A DNA stretch of 64,000 nucleotides, from contig BTUV01000005.1 in NCBI GenBank assembly GCA_045863035.1, positions 47,899 to 111,898 on the forward strand, in the 5' to 3' direction. The translations under genes and the position numbers were made by a program. The stretch comes from Ignavibacteriales bacterium. GTDB lineage: Bacteria > Bacteroidota > Ignavibacteria > Ignavibacteriales > Ignavibacteriaceae. A model generated the notes under the pieces. It was not told the DNA's origin and searched no databases. It saw nothing but the letters and a program-made list of their open reading frames with translations. Numbering within the stretch: position 1 is the first letter of the stretch; each line of letters starts with the position of its first letter. Positions 25,341 to 35,167 of the stretch are shown one piece after another.

Positions 25341-26837
25341 ATGGCCGTCCCTAAAAAGCTTAAAATTCTTTTCGTGACATCGGAATTGTTTCCATTTGTT
25401 AAGACTGGCGGCTTGGCAGATGTCTCGAACTCTCTCCCTCAGGTTCTCCATGAGCTCGGTCATGAAGTTCGGATTATGGTTCCTAAATATGGGGCAATTG
25501 ACAGCCGTAAATTTAAGATTCATGATGTTGTCCGTCTGAAAGACCTTACCATACCTATAGGAGAAAAAGAGGTTACTTTTTCGATAAAGTCATCATTTCT
25601 CCCTTCCCCGCGCGTGCGTGTTCAGATTTACTTCCTTGAGAATAACGAGTATTTTGGAAACCGAAAAAGTCTCTATACTGACCCGATCACCGGTGAGGAC
25701 TATGAAGACAATGATGAGCGCTTCATTCTTCTTAACCGTGCAGTTTTCGAGCTGATTTTAAAATTGGGCTGGGTACCTGATATCATTCATATTAACGATT
25801 GGCAGTGTGGTCTTATTCCGGCATACTTCAAAACGATTTATGCTAACGAACCGCAGTTTAAGACTTTTAATATACTCTTCACACTCCACAATTTATCATA
25901 TCAGGGTATTTTCCCGAAGAGTTCATTCAAGAAAACCGGGCTACCGGATGAGCTGAACTCAAATGATGGTGTCCTGCAGGATGGCAAATTTAGTTTTATG
26001 AAGAGCGGGTTATTATTTGCTGACTATATTAACACTGTTTCTGAGAGCTACGCTCATGAGATTTCAACTGTAAAGGAAATTTCCGGTTCACTTCTTCCTC
26101 TTCTTGAAAAAAGGAAATCAGATATCTATGGTTTGGTTAATGGTATCGATTATTCAGTCTGGAATCCTGAAAAAGATCCATTCCTCTCACATCATTACAG
26201 CGCAAAGGGGCTTGAGGGAAAGATGGAAAATAAGAGGGAACTGGTTGAACGTTTTTCACTCAAATTTGAACCATCAGTACCGGTAATCGGTATTATCTCA
26301 CGTTTGTTTGATGTAAAAGGAATTGACTTAATTCTTGAATCATTTTCTGAGATCATGAAGAAAAACGTTCAGGTTGTTCTTCTTGGCACGGGAGAAAAGA
26401 AATATCAGAATGAATTTGAAAAACTGAGTGATAAGTACACAGATAAGTTTGCCTGTTATATCGGATTTAATGACGAATTAGCGCATCTTATTGAAGCAGG
26501 TGCTGATATGTATCTTATGCCATCGAAATTTGAACCGTGCGGACTGAATCAAATGTACTCATTAGTATATGGAACAGTGCCAATCGTTCGCAGAACCGGC
26601 GGTCTTGCGGATACAGTTGTAAGATTTGATGAGCAAACTGAAGAAGGTACCGGATTCGTATTTGATGATTATAATGCAAAAGAAATGCTCAAGGAGCTAA
26701 ACCGGGCTCTTGCAGTCTATGATAATAAAAAAGTTTGGAACAAGATTATTAAAAATGGCATGAAGGTTGACTTTAGCTGGCAGGCATCCGCTAAACGATA
26801 TGTCGAGCTCTATAAAACCATACTCAGCGGTAAATGA
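25341..26837 (+). CDS. glgA: Glycogen synthase (GT5)
   Basis: 498 aa, ILFVTSELFPFVKTGGLADV, PSKFEPCGLNQMY, VRRTGGLADTV. Confidence 0.95.
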   Translation: MAVPKKLKILFVTSELFPFVKTGGLADVSNSLPQVLHELGHEVRIMVPKYGAIDSRKFKIHDVVRLKDLTIPIGEKEVTFSIKSSFLPSPRVRVQIYFLENNEYFGNRKSLYTDPITGEDYEDNDERFILLNRAVFELILKLGWVPDIIHINDWQCGLIPAYFKTIYANEPQFKTFNILFTLHNLSYQGIFPKSSFKKTGLPDELNSNDGVLQDGKFSFMKSGLLFADYINTVSESYAHEISTVKEISGSLLPLLEKRKSDIYGLVNGIDYSVWNPEKDPFLSHHYSAKGLEGKMENKRELVERFSLKFEPSVPVIGIISRLFDVKGIDLILESFSEIMKKNVQVVLLGTGEKKYQNEFEKLSDKYTDKFACYIGFNDELAHLIEAGADMYLMPSKFEPCGLNQMYSLVYGTVPIVRRTGGLADTVVRFDEQTEEGTGFVFDDYNAKEMLKELNRALAVYDNKKVWNKIIKNGMKVDFSWQASAKRYVELYKTILSGK

Positions 26838-27415
26838 ATCGTGCCCTCTTTTTAGATCGCGACGGCACAATAAATATTGACTATGGCTATATAAACGACC
26901 CCGGGAAGATTGAACTGGTACCCGGGTGTGCTGAAGGATTAAAATATCTTCAGGAGAAATATGGCTTTTTATTGCTCGTAGTTTCCAATCAATCAGGCAT
27001 CGCTCGCGGATACCTCACTCAGGCAGAACTTGATGCGGTTAACCATAAGGTTGATACCCTTTTAAAAGAAAAAGGGGTAAAAATAACCCACTTCTACTAT
27101 TGTCCTCATCATCCGGATCATGCAGACAAACAACAATGCGGCTGCAGAAAACCTGCTCCGGGCATGATTATTAAAGGTTTGAAGGACTATCAGATTGATC
27201 CTGCTGCATCGTATGTAATAGGGGATAAATTAACTGATGCAGAGGCAGGATATAACGCAGGTATTACAACAATTCTTCTCTCACACGGCGATTTTTCTGA
27301 TCCGGAAGTATTTTCTGGGTTGCAAAACCCCCGCCTTTTCCCCAATTTTGTGGCTTATAATTTTTCGGAGGTTTGTGATTTTATTTCCAAGGACAGTAAT
27401 GAAAAGGGGCATTAA
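26834..27415 (+). CDS. gmhB: D-glycero-D-manno-heptose 1,7-bisphosphate phosphatase-like HAD-IIIA phosphatase
   Basis: 193 aa, LFLDRDGTIN, SNQSGIARG, and the Zn-type motif CPHHP...CGCRKP. Confidence 0.82.
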   Translation: MNRALFLDRDGTINIDYGYINDPGKIELVPGCAEGLKYLQEKYGFLLLVVSNQSGIARGYLTQAELDAVNHKVDTLLKEKGVKITHFYYCPHHPDHADKQQCGCRKPAPGMIIKGLKDYQIDPAASYVIGDKLTDAEAGYNAGITTILLSHGDFSDPEVFSGLQNPRLFPNFVAYNFSEVCDFISKDSNEKGH

Positions 27416-28574
27416 AGCTCTGCTGATGCTTCTCGCTATGCTCATAATAACGGGCTGCGGCGATGATCCTTCTTCAGTGGGTTCAGGGTTAATACCTGAT
27501 AAAATTACGATAAAAGATTTCGACTCCGAATTAGATTCTGTAAACAAAAGTTCCGGCAGTTTCAGAAAGGTGGTTTCCCTCAACGGTGCCTCATTTTTTC
27601 TGGCCGGCAGGGCTGATGGCATAACGGCAAGTTCACTCATTCGATTTGATTTTTCTATCTTTCCCTATAAGACTGATCTGAAAAACGATAGTCTTATTAT
27701 CCGTTCGGCAAAGGTTCGCCTCACGCCATTTTATTTTTACGGTGATACATCGTCACACGTTCCTCTTGAAGCATATAAGGTATATAACAACTGGTCATCC
27801 GGTTCGCTTAATAACGACAGCATACCTGACCTCATTGTTCCAAGAGAGAATCTTATTGTCCCCGGATCACAGACCTCATCTGACTCCGCATATACATTCA
27901 ATCTGCAGAATTCAATCGTAAAAGAGTGGCTTTATTCGGTTTCTGATACTACCGGTTTTGTAAACAATGGTTTAATGATTACCGGCGCGGCTGGGGGTAC
28001 ACGTATTGCAGGATTTCGCTCTTTCTCGACGGATGAATACATTATTCCTTCGATAGAACTTGTCCTTGAGAAAACAGGTTCATACGTTGATACAGTAATT
28101 TATTTTCTGCTTGAGGATATACATGTAGTTGAAGGGGGAGCGTTAACACTCCCGGCAGACCGCCTGTTGGTTAGAAGCGGTTTTGTTGACTTCTCAAAAC
28201 TCTATTTCGATCTGAGTAAACTGCCTGCCGGTGCAATAATTAACAAAGCTGTGCTTACACTTCATGTTGATACTGTAAATACTAAAACCGGCGACAACAT
28301 CGAAAATCTTCTCTATGCTTATTTCATGTCCGACAGTCTGGCAAATAAATATGAAACGATAACTGCCTCTCAACTGAGCAGAGCCGGGGCTACCTATACC
28401 GGTGAAGTCACATCAATAATTACCAGAATGTTGTTTCAGAACAATAACCAGGGAATAGCCCTGACACCCGGGTCGTTAAGCGATGGAGTAGAAAGATTTG
28501 TGCTTTATTCTACAACCCATCCTGATCCGTTACTGAGACCCAGATTACAAATTTATTATTCGGTTGCGGAGTGA
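27399..28574 (+). CDS. Lipoprotein of unknown function (possibly DUF4270-like)
   Basis: I trimmed the track ORF (27237) to ATG27399. This gives MKRGIKALLMLLAMLIITGCGDD, a signal peptide plus lipobox. The upstream extension lies inside gmhB. My recollection of DUF4270 next to glgA in Bacteroidota is unverified. Confidence 0.5.
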   Translation: MKRGIKALLMLLAMLIITGCGDDPSSVGSGLIPDKITIKDFDSELDSVNKSSGSFRKVVSLNGASFFLAGRADGITASSLIRFDFSIFPYKTDLKNDSLIIRSAKVRLTPFYFYGDTSSHVPLEAYKVYNNWSSGSLNNDSIPDLIVPRENLIVPGSQTSSDSAYTFNLQNSIVKEWLYSVSDTTGFVNNGLMITGAAGGTRIAGFRSFSTDEYIIPSIELVLEKTGSYVDTVIYFLLEDIHVVEGGALTLPADRLLVRSGFVDFSKLYFDLSKLPAGAIINKAVLTLHVDTVNTKTGDNIENLLYAYFMSDSLANKYETITASQLSRAGATYTGEVTSIITRMLFQNNNQGIALTPGSLSDGVERFVLYSTTHPDPLLRPRLQIYYSVAE

Positions 28575-29821
28575 AGATGGCTAATCTACTAAAATATACA
28601 GTTCTGTCTATTCTTTTGGCGACCGGTTCTTCATTTACCCAAAACTATTCGCTTTACTCCCGTTTTGGGCTTGGTTCTATTGAGAACTCCCAAAGCATAA
28701 GAAGCGCTGGTTTGGGAGGATTTGGGACGTCTGACCTGGTCCAGGACTACGTTTCGACTTCAAATCCGGCTTCATGGAGTTCACTCACCTCTACTCGTTT
28801 TCAGTTTGGCACGGTTTTAATAGGTAATTCATCAGAGGATGCCTCGCTCAGCACTTATGCTGCTCAGGCGTACTTCAGCGGATTTTCATTCGGGTTTCCC
28901 GTCAGCGGAAAACACGGTATAGGAGTTTCGCTTGGTTTATTACCATTTTCATCAGTGAATTATGATATGAAACTTACAGGATCAGACAGCCGAATCGGCT
29001 CAGATTATTTGCAGGAGGCAAAAGGGGAAGGCGGACTCGCAAAGTTATATATTGGCAGTTCATGGAAACCGTTTAGTGATTTTAGAATTGGCGCTGCACT
29101 GAATTATTATTTCGGTAAAATTTCATATCACAACACTGTTACGTTTAATGATGGTACTTCGTTGAAAACTGATTTTAACAAATCCTACAGAATGAAGGGA
29201 GTTGGATTTGATGCAGGACTTATTACGCCGGAACTTTCCGGTTTTCTTGGTGTAGAAGATATAATACCAGGAATACGATTAGGTGTTGCGATGAATTATT
29301 TTAATGAATTTACAAGTGATTCGCTTTTTGCCGGCGGTAACAATATCGTCATTGATACTCTTAACTACGGCGCAGGTTCCGCAAAGGTTCCGCTCAAACT
29401 TTCGCTTGGAGCATCGCTTCAGCTTAACAGATTTATGAAGGTTCATTTTGATGTAATGACGCAGTCATGGTCATCCTATGAAGTGAATGGTTTGAAAGAC
29501 CCTTATATGCAGGATATGACGCGATTTGGAGCCGGATTCGAATACCGTGAAAAAGACCGCGACAGAAATTTTGACAGCTACATTTATCGTGGAAGTGTTT
29601 TTTATGAAAAAACTCCTATTGTGATAAATGGTCAGTCAATAACCGAAATCGGCGCTTCTGTTGGCATCTCTTTCAGTTTGTCACCTGAAAGTTATTTTGA
29701 TCTCGGTCTTCAGTATATACACAAAGGCACCACGGAAAGCGGTCTGGTAAAAGAGAATATTTTTAGACTTCATGCGGGCATGAGTTTGGGTGAAATTTGG
29801 TTTTTACAACAGGAAAGATGA
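28571..29821 (+). CDS. Predicted outer-membrane beta-barrel protein (FadL/PorV-like N-terminal GLGG motif)
   Basis: About 414 aa; the likely start is ATG28577. Signal peptide, alternating beta-strand pattern, RSAGLGGFG near the N-terminus and an aromatic C-terminal strand. Confidence 0.45.
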   Translation: MKMANLLKYTVLSILLATGSSFTQNYSLYSRFGLGSIENSQSIRSAGLGGFGTSDLVQDYVSTSNPASWSSLTSTRFQFGTVLIGNSSEDASLSTYAAQAYFSGFSFGFPVSGKHGIGVSLGLLPFSSVNYDMKLTGSDSRIGSDYLQEAKGEGGLAKLYIGSSWKPFSDFRIGAALNYYFGKISYHNTVTFNDGTSLKTDFNKSYRMKGVGFDAGLITPELSGFLGVEDIIPGIRLGVAMNYFNEFTSDSLFAGGNNIVIDTLNYGAGSAKVPLKLSLGASLQLNRFMKVHFDVMTQSWSSYEVNGLKDPYMQDMTRFGAGFEYREKDRDRNFDSYIYRGSVFYEKTPIVINGQSITEIGASVGISFSLSPESYFDLGLQYIHKGTTESGLVKENIFRLHAGMSLGEIWFLQQER

Positions 29822-29826
29822 TTACT

Positions 29827-31089
29827 ATGAAAACAGTATTCGCGTTTATAATCGTTTTGTTTATCTCATTTGCCGGATCCGTTCAGGCAGCCGGCTCTCT
29901 GACGATGGCTGCATCTAATGACAGTATTCAACTGATCACAAAATACAGTCTGTTTTCAGAGTATCATAAAAACCGTGACTACGAGAGCGCTTATCCTTAC
30001 GGTTGGGAAGTTCTCAAGACAGACCCGAAACGGTTTGCAAAGTGGATTTATTTTAAGATGGAAGATATCGTTTGGTTCTTCCGCGACTCATCTGACTATG
30101 ATGATGCCAGAAAAAAAGCCGTTGAAGATACCACTCTTTATCTTTACAACCTTGCATTGGAAAACTACACTGATCGTCAGGCCTATTTCCAGCTTAAAAA
30201 AGCATTTGTTGCTGAGGTTTGGCTGAAATGGGCAGCGCCTGAAGCCGCAGTGGAATATGAAAAAGCTATAGCGCTTGATTCATCAGTGGCAATGTACTAT
30301 TACAACCGTCTTGGACAATTATATAAAGCTATTGCCAAAGAGAATCCTGAAAAGAAAGAACAGGCGATTGACTTCTTTACATTTTTGAGTGAAAAAGAGC
30401 CAAACAATCCACAGTGGAATACCGAACTGGAAGGATTGGTTGAAAGTATAGATGAGTTGATTGAACTAGCTAAGAAGGCCTGGGATCAGGACCCAGAGAA
30501 TCTGACAAAAGGATGGAAATATACATCGCTCTGTCTGAAAGCCGGCAAGCAGGAATTAGCTGTTGCGGCTCTTGAAACTTTAGTTCAGAAAGCTCCTGCA
30601 ACAATTAATTATTGGAATCAATTATCGTCACTATACTTTAAGCTTGACCGCTTAGATGCAGCCATGGATGCATACAAAAAGCTGATTGAGCTTGAACCAA
30701 ACACCCGTGAACATTATCTTAATCTCGGGATCGCTCTGAAAGATAAGGGTCAACTCTCATCAGCAAGGGCACAGTTTCAGAAAGCATCGGAAATTGGTAA
30801 TAACTGGGGACTTCCGATTTTCTATGAAGGGCTCCTTTACGAAACCGCGGCACGGAACTGCGGGTTTGAGTTCATGGATAAATGCGTGTATCAACTTGCC
30901 GTTGAAACATACAGACGTGCTTATAACATGGACCCGACAACTATCCAGGCAAGAGAAAGAATCTCTGCCCTTTCATCATCAGTTCCTCAGAAGGAAGATT
31001 ATTTCTTCAGGAAACTGAAATCCGGTCAGCGAGTGGAAATTACCGGAAGCTGCTACGGCTGGATTGGCAGAAGCATAACTGTACCTTAA
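29827..31089 (+). CDS. Secreted TPR-repeat protein
   Basis: Trimmed to ATG29827 (MKTVFAFIIVLFISFAGSVQA signal peptide). Several TPR-like A/Y/L-spaced helical pairs (e.g. YLNLGIALKDKGQLSSARAQFQKA). Confidence 0.6.
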   Translation: MKTVFAFIIVLFISFAGSVQAAGSLTMAASNDSIQLITKYSLFSEYHKNRDYESAYPYGWEVLKTDPKRFAKWIYFKMEDIVWFFRDSSDYDDARKKAVEDTTLYLYNLALENYTDRQAYFQLKKAFVAEVWLKWAAPEAAVEYEKAIALDSSVAMYYYNRLGQLYKAIAKENPEKKEQAIDFFTFLSEKEPNNPQWNTELEGLVESIDELIELAKKAWDQDPENLTKGWKYTSLCLKAGKQELAVAALETLVQKAPATINYWNQLSSLYFKLDRLDAAMDAYKKLIELEPNTREHYLNLGIALKDKGQLSSARAQFQKASEIGNNWGLPIFYEGLLYETAARNCGFEFMDKCVYQLAVETYRRAYNMDPTTIQARERISALSSSVPQKEDYFFRKLKSGQRVEITGSCYGWIGRSITVP

Positions 31090-31104
31090 TCAGGAATATA
31101 TATA

Positions 31105-32403
31105 ATGACCAGACATCTGAAAAATGATTCTGAAATTTTTGAAGTTGTAAAACTTGAAACAGGTCGTCTCCAGACTAATCTTGAGCTGATCGCATCGGAA
31201 AACTTTGTGAGTCCGGCTGTGCTTGAGGCAGCCGGCTCAATATTAACTAATAAATATGCTGAGGGTTACCCCGGCAAACGTTATTATGGGGGATGTGAAT
31301 TTGTTGATATGGCTGAGGAACTCGCCCGCACCCGCCTTAAAGCTATATATAATGCAGAATATGTGAACGTGCAGCCCCACAGCGGGTCACAGGCAAATAT
31401 GGCGGTGTTTATGACGCTGCTGAAACCCGGAGATAGTTTTCTTGGTCTTAGTCTGGCGCACGGCGGTCACCTTACACACGGCTCACCGGTTAACTTTTCA
31501 GGTCAGTTATATAAGCCAACCGGATATACACTTAATAAAGAAACAGGCCTGCTTGACTATGATCAGATTCAGACTCTGGCAAGTGAAGGGAACCCAAAGC
31601 TGATCATTGCCGGTGGAAGCGCTTATTCGCGGGATTGGGACTATAAACGTCTGCGTGAAATTGCAGACTCAGTCGGGGCTTTTCTTATGTGCGACATGGC
31701 TCATCCTGCAGGTCTGATAGCAAAAGGGCTTTTAAATAGTCCGCTTGCGCACTGCCACTTTGTAACTTCAACCACACATAAGACGCTTCGCGGGCCTCGC
31801 GGCGGTGTTATACTGATGGGTAAAGATTTTGAAAATACTTTTGGTATTAAAACTCCAAAAGGAGACCGGCTTAAGCTGATGTCAGAACTGCTTGACTCTG
31901 CGGTTATGCCGGGCATTCAGGGCGGTCCGCTCATGCACATTATCATGGCTAAAGCTGTTGCATTTGGTGAGGTGCTTCAGGATTCATTCGGTGTATATAC
32001 CAAGTCGGTTGTTGCTAACTCACGCCGTCTGGCTTCATCATTAACGGCAATGGGATATAATATCGTTTCAGGCGGAACTGATAATCACCTGATGCTTATC
32101 GATTTGTCAAATAAAAATGTAACCGGTAAACAGGCAGAGATTGCCCTGGGTGAAGCCGGGATAACCGTAAATAAAAATATGGTTCCTTATGACACCCGTT
32201 CACCGTTTGTCACCAGCGGAATACGAATCGGAACTCCTGCTGTTACGACGAGGGGCATGGGTGAAACTGAAATGGAAGCAATCGCCGGTTTTATCAATGA
32301 TGCTATTCTTCATCATAGCGATACTGCTAAACTTTCGGCGGTGAAGTCTGCTGTAGCTGGTTTTTGCAAATCATTTCCGCTCTACGCTGACTATTTAGAC
32401 TGA
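31105..32403 (+). CDS. glyA: Serine hydroxymethyltransferase
   Basis: 432 aa, [35 protein letters not shown]. Confidence 0.97.
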   Translation: MTRHLKNDSEIFEVVKLETGRLQTNLELIASENFVSPAVLEAAGSILTNKYAEGYPGKRYYGGCEFVDMAEELARTRLKAIYNAEYVNVQPHSGSQANMAVFMTLLKPGDSFLGLSLAHGGHLTHGSPVNFSGQLYKPTGYTLNKETGLLDYDQIQTLASEGNPKLIIAGGSAYSRDWDYKRLREIADSVGAFLMCDMAHPAGLIAKGLLNSPLAHCHFVTSTTHKTLRGPRGGVILMGKDFENTFGIKTPKGDRLKLMSELLDSAVMPGIQGGPLMHIIMAKAVAFGEVLQDSFGVYTKSVVANSRRLASSLTAMGYNIVSGGTDNHLMLIDLSNKNVTGKQAEIALGEAGITVNKNMVPYDTRSPFVTSGIRIGTPAVTTRGMGETEMEAIAGFINDAILHHSDTAKLSAVKSAVAGFCKSFPLYADYLD

Positions 32404-32404
32404 C

Positions 32405-33163
32405 GTGGCGCCTTTAGACCAGCCGTTTCAGGATGAGGAGGATAACTCTGCTGATGCAGAGATGACCTTTATGGAACACCTTGAGGAGTTCCGCAAAAGG
32501 ATTATATATATTCTTTACGGTACGGTGGCCGGGGCGGTAGTGGTTATCGCTTTCGACAGTTACATTGTCGAAAATTTTCTCCTTTATCCTGCCGGTAAAG
32601 CAGGTATTGTTCTTCAGAATCTTGAACCATTCGGGCAGGTGTTTCTTTATTTTCAGGTTTGGTTTATCGGGGGGATGATTGTAAGTATTCCGAATGTTTT
32701 TTATCAGATTTGGCAGTTTATTTCTCCAGCGCTTCGCAGCAGTGAAAAAAAGTATGTCACGCTTGTTGTAACTGCTTCTACCATTTGTTTTCTTGCCGGA
32801 GTGTTTTTTGCATATTCTCTTATGCTTCCGCTTACACTGGATTTCGCCGCAAACTTTGGTTCAAGTTCAATCAGAAACGATTTTGCCATTGACAGTTACA
32901 TGTCAATTTTTTTCAGTGTGTTACTCGGTGCAGGATTGATATTTGAGCTGCCTGTCTTATCATTTATACTTTCCCGCATTGGTATTCTTACGCCGGAATT
33001 TATGAGGAAGTTCAGGCGTCATTCGCTTGTTGCTATTATGATACTTGCAGCTTTTCTTTCTCCAGGTACCGATCCTGTTGGTCAGGTTATGCTGGCAATC
33101 CCATTATTTATTCTTTACGAAATCAGTATTATTGTTTCAAAAATGTCAGTGAAAAGATCTTGA
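32405..33163 (+). CDS. tatC: Sec-independent protein translocase TatC
   Basis: 252 aa with a GTG start (alternatively the internal MTFMEHLEEFRKR). Six TM segments. HLEEFRKR and the SP..D loop are typical of TatC. Confidence 0.9.
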   Translation: MAPLDQPFQDEEDNSADAEMTFMEHLEEFRKRIIYILYGTVAGAVVVIAFDSYIVENFLLYPAGKAGIVLQNLEPFGQVFLYFQVWFIGGMIVSIPNVFYQIWQFISPALRSSEKKYVTLVVTASTICFLAGVFFAYSLMLPLTLDFAANFGSSSIRNDFAIDSYMSIFFSVLLGAGLIFELPVLSFILSRIGILTPEFMRKFRRHSLVAIMILAAFLSPGTDPVGQVMLAIPLFILYEISIIVSKMSVKRS

Positions 33164-34140
33164 ATACATCAAAACTTTCAGAAATCAGCAGACCAATAAC
33201 TGCAGAACTGGATGCATTTCAGGATCTGTTTAAAAAATCAATGCGAAGTAAGACTCCGCTTGTTGATCTTGTTGCCCGATACGTGCTGAAACAAAAAGGG
33301 AAAAAGATACGTCCTCTTTTGGTAATGCTTGCCGCAAAAACTCAGGCAGAGGTAAATGAAAGGAGCTACCGGGGTGCAATTCTGGTTGAACTCCTTCACA
33401 CAGCTACTTTAGTGCATGATGATGTTGTAGATAATGCCGACCAGCGGCGCGGATTTCCATCCATAAATGCTGTATGGAAAAATAAAGTTGCCGTTTTAAT
33501 GGGCGACTATCTGCTCTCCAAGGGATTGATGATAGCTGTAGAAAATAAGGATTTCGATTTTCTTGAAGTTATGACTAATACGGTCAGAAGAATGTCGGAA
33601 GGCGAGTTGCTGCAAATACAGAAAACGCGCAAACTTGATATAGATGAGGAGACCTATTACAAAGTGATTTCTGATAAAACTGCATCGCTGCTTGAAACCT
33701 GCTGTGAGATAGGCGCGATGAGTGCAGGGGCAAGTTCCGAAGAACGCTTAGCCATGAAAAAATTTGGTGAATATCTTGGTATCTCTTTTCAAATTCGTGA
33801 TGATATACTTGATTATGACGGGACCTCAAAAGTATTCGGCAAACCGATTGGCGGTGATATAAAGGAGAAAAAAATCACGCTTCCGCTGATATATGCACTC
33901 CGTTCAGTATCTAAAAGTAAGGCGTCTGACATCAGAAAACTTATTAAAAAGGAGGGGAAAAAAGATTCAGTCCGCAAAGTAATTGACTTTGTACACGAAC
34001 AAAAGGGAATAGAATATGCTGAACAGCAGGCAGAGATTTTTGCGGGGAAAGCAAAAGACTGTCTAAAAATCTTTCAGGATACTCCGGCAAAAGCTTCACT
34101 CACCGCGCTTGTGAACTTTGTAGTCCAGCGGAAAAATTAG
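33160..34140 (+). CDS. Polyprenyl diphosphate synthase (IspB-like)
   Basis: 326 aa with a TTG start overlapping the tatC stop. Both aspartate-rich motifs are present (LVHDDVVDNAD and FQIRDDILD). Confidence 0.85.
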   Translation: MNTSKLSEISRPITAELDAFQDLFKKSMRSKTPLVDLVARYVLKQKGKKIRPLLVMLAAKTQAEVNERSYRGAILVELLHTATLVHDDVVDNADQRRGFPSINAVWKNKVAVLMGDYLLSKGLMIAVENKDFDFLEVMTNTVRRMSEGELLQIQKTRKLDIDEETYYKVISDKTASLLETCCEIGAMSAGASSEERLAMKKFGEYLGISFQIRDDILDYDGTSKVFGKPIGGDIKEKKITLPLIYALRSVSKSKASDIRKLIKKEGKKDSVRKVIDFVHEQKGIEYAEQQAEIFAGKAKDCLKIFQDTPAKASLTALVNFVVQRKN

Positions 34141-34141
34141 T

Positions 34142-34609
34142 TTATTTCGCACCCTTAAAATCAAAACCCTTTTCCGGGTTTCTCAGTGTGAGTACCGGGC
34201 AGGGGGCTTTTCTGATTACCTTCTCACTTGTTCCGCCAAATAACAGATGTTCCATTCCGGTTCTTCCATGTGATGAAATAATGATGAGATCTGCATCAGT
34301 TTCTTTCGCGAGATCAACTATTTCGAGAAAGGGTTTTCCGGCGCGGACGGTAGTTGTTATTCTGACATTGTTTTGATAGGGCTCTACTAATTTTTCAAGC
34401 TCCTCTTTTGCTTTGTCTGAAACTTCCGCCTCATAAGGGGGGAGAGGTATCTGACCTACGGTAAGGTCAGGTGGATACATCATTGGCTCCAGAACGTAAG
34501 CAACGATCAGCTCTGCTCCGAAAACAAGTGCAAATTCGGTCGAATATTTCAGGGCGGCAATTGAATAGTCTGAAAAATCAACCGGAACAAGAATTTTATC
34601 TATTTTCAT
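34142..34609 (-). CDS. Universal stress protein (UspA family)
   Basis: 155 aa, ILVPVDFSDYS..., DLIIISSHGRTG, GGTSEKVIRKAPCPVL. Confidence 0.85.
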   Translation of the reverse strand: MKIDKILVPVDFSDYSIAALKYSTEFALVFGAELIVAYVLEPMMYPPDLTVGQIPLPPYEAEVSDKAKEELEKLVEPYQNNVRITTTVRAGKPFLEIVDLAKETDADLIIISSHGRTGMEHLLFGGTSEKVIRKAPCPVLTLRNPEKGFDFKGAK

Positions 34610-35159
34610 GCTGATTCTCCTTTAGTGCATTATACTCATCAATCAGTGAAACATATTCCTGATTAAGGTTTCTCAAACGTAAGACAATAATTTTTGAAAT
34701 TCCACTCAATATTTTTACGCCGGTTTTAGGATATTTATGGATGAATTCATCCAGATCCGGCTTGAAGATAATGGAGAGCTTGGTTTCGGTTTTACTTTTT
34801 GCTGAAGCTGAGCGGGTATCGCCATCTATCATGGCAAGTTCCCCGAAAAAATCACCCTGCTTAAATGATGCAATTATAACTTTCTCTCCGTTGTCAGAGA
34901 GATATTCAATATCCACTCCGCCCTCTCGAATAATATAAAGAGCAATACCCGGGTCCCCCTGCATGAAGATGTATTCACCCGACTGATATTGTCGGTTGTG
35001 AATAATTTTAATCAGCTCCTCCATCTGCCCTTTTTTAAAGTCGGCAAACGGCGGAACTAACCGCAAAATTTTATGAAGGTCTGAGGACTTTGGTTGCTGC
35101 TTAAATACATTCGACCAGAACGAACTTTCAGCGCGCTTGATGGTTTCTTTTTGTTTCAT
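34596..35159 (-). CDS. Cyclic nucleotide-binding domain protein
   Basis: 187 aa with a cNMP-binding beta-roll pattern (FGELAMIDGDTRSASA). No HTH domain was recognised. Confidence 0.8.
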   Translation of the reverse strand: MKQKETIKRAESSFWSNVFKQQPKSSDLHKILRLVPPFADFKKGQMEELIKIIHNRQYQSGEYIFMQGDPGIALYIIREGGVDIEYLSDNGEKVIIASFKQGDFFGELAMIDGDTRSASAKSKTETKLSIIFKPDLDEFIHKYPKTGVKILSGISKIIVLRLRNLNQEYVSLIDEYNALKENQHENR

Positions 35160-35167
35160 GTTGTGCT

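Noticed and set aside
27237-27398. Upstream extension of the lipoprotein ORF (track start 27237)
   Set aside because: The extension lies within the gmhB coding region and encodes no sensible sequence. ATG27399 yields a textbook signal peptide and lipobox.
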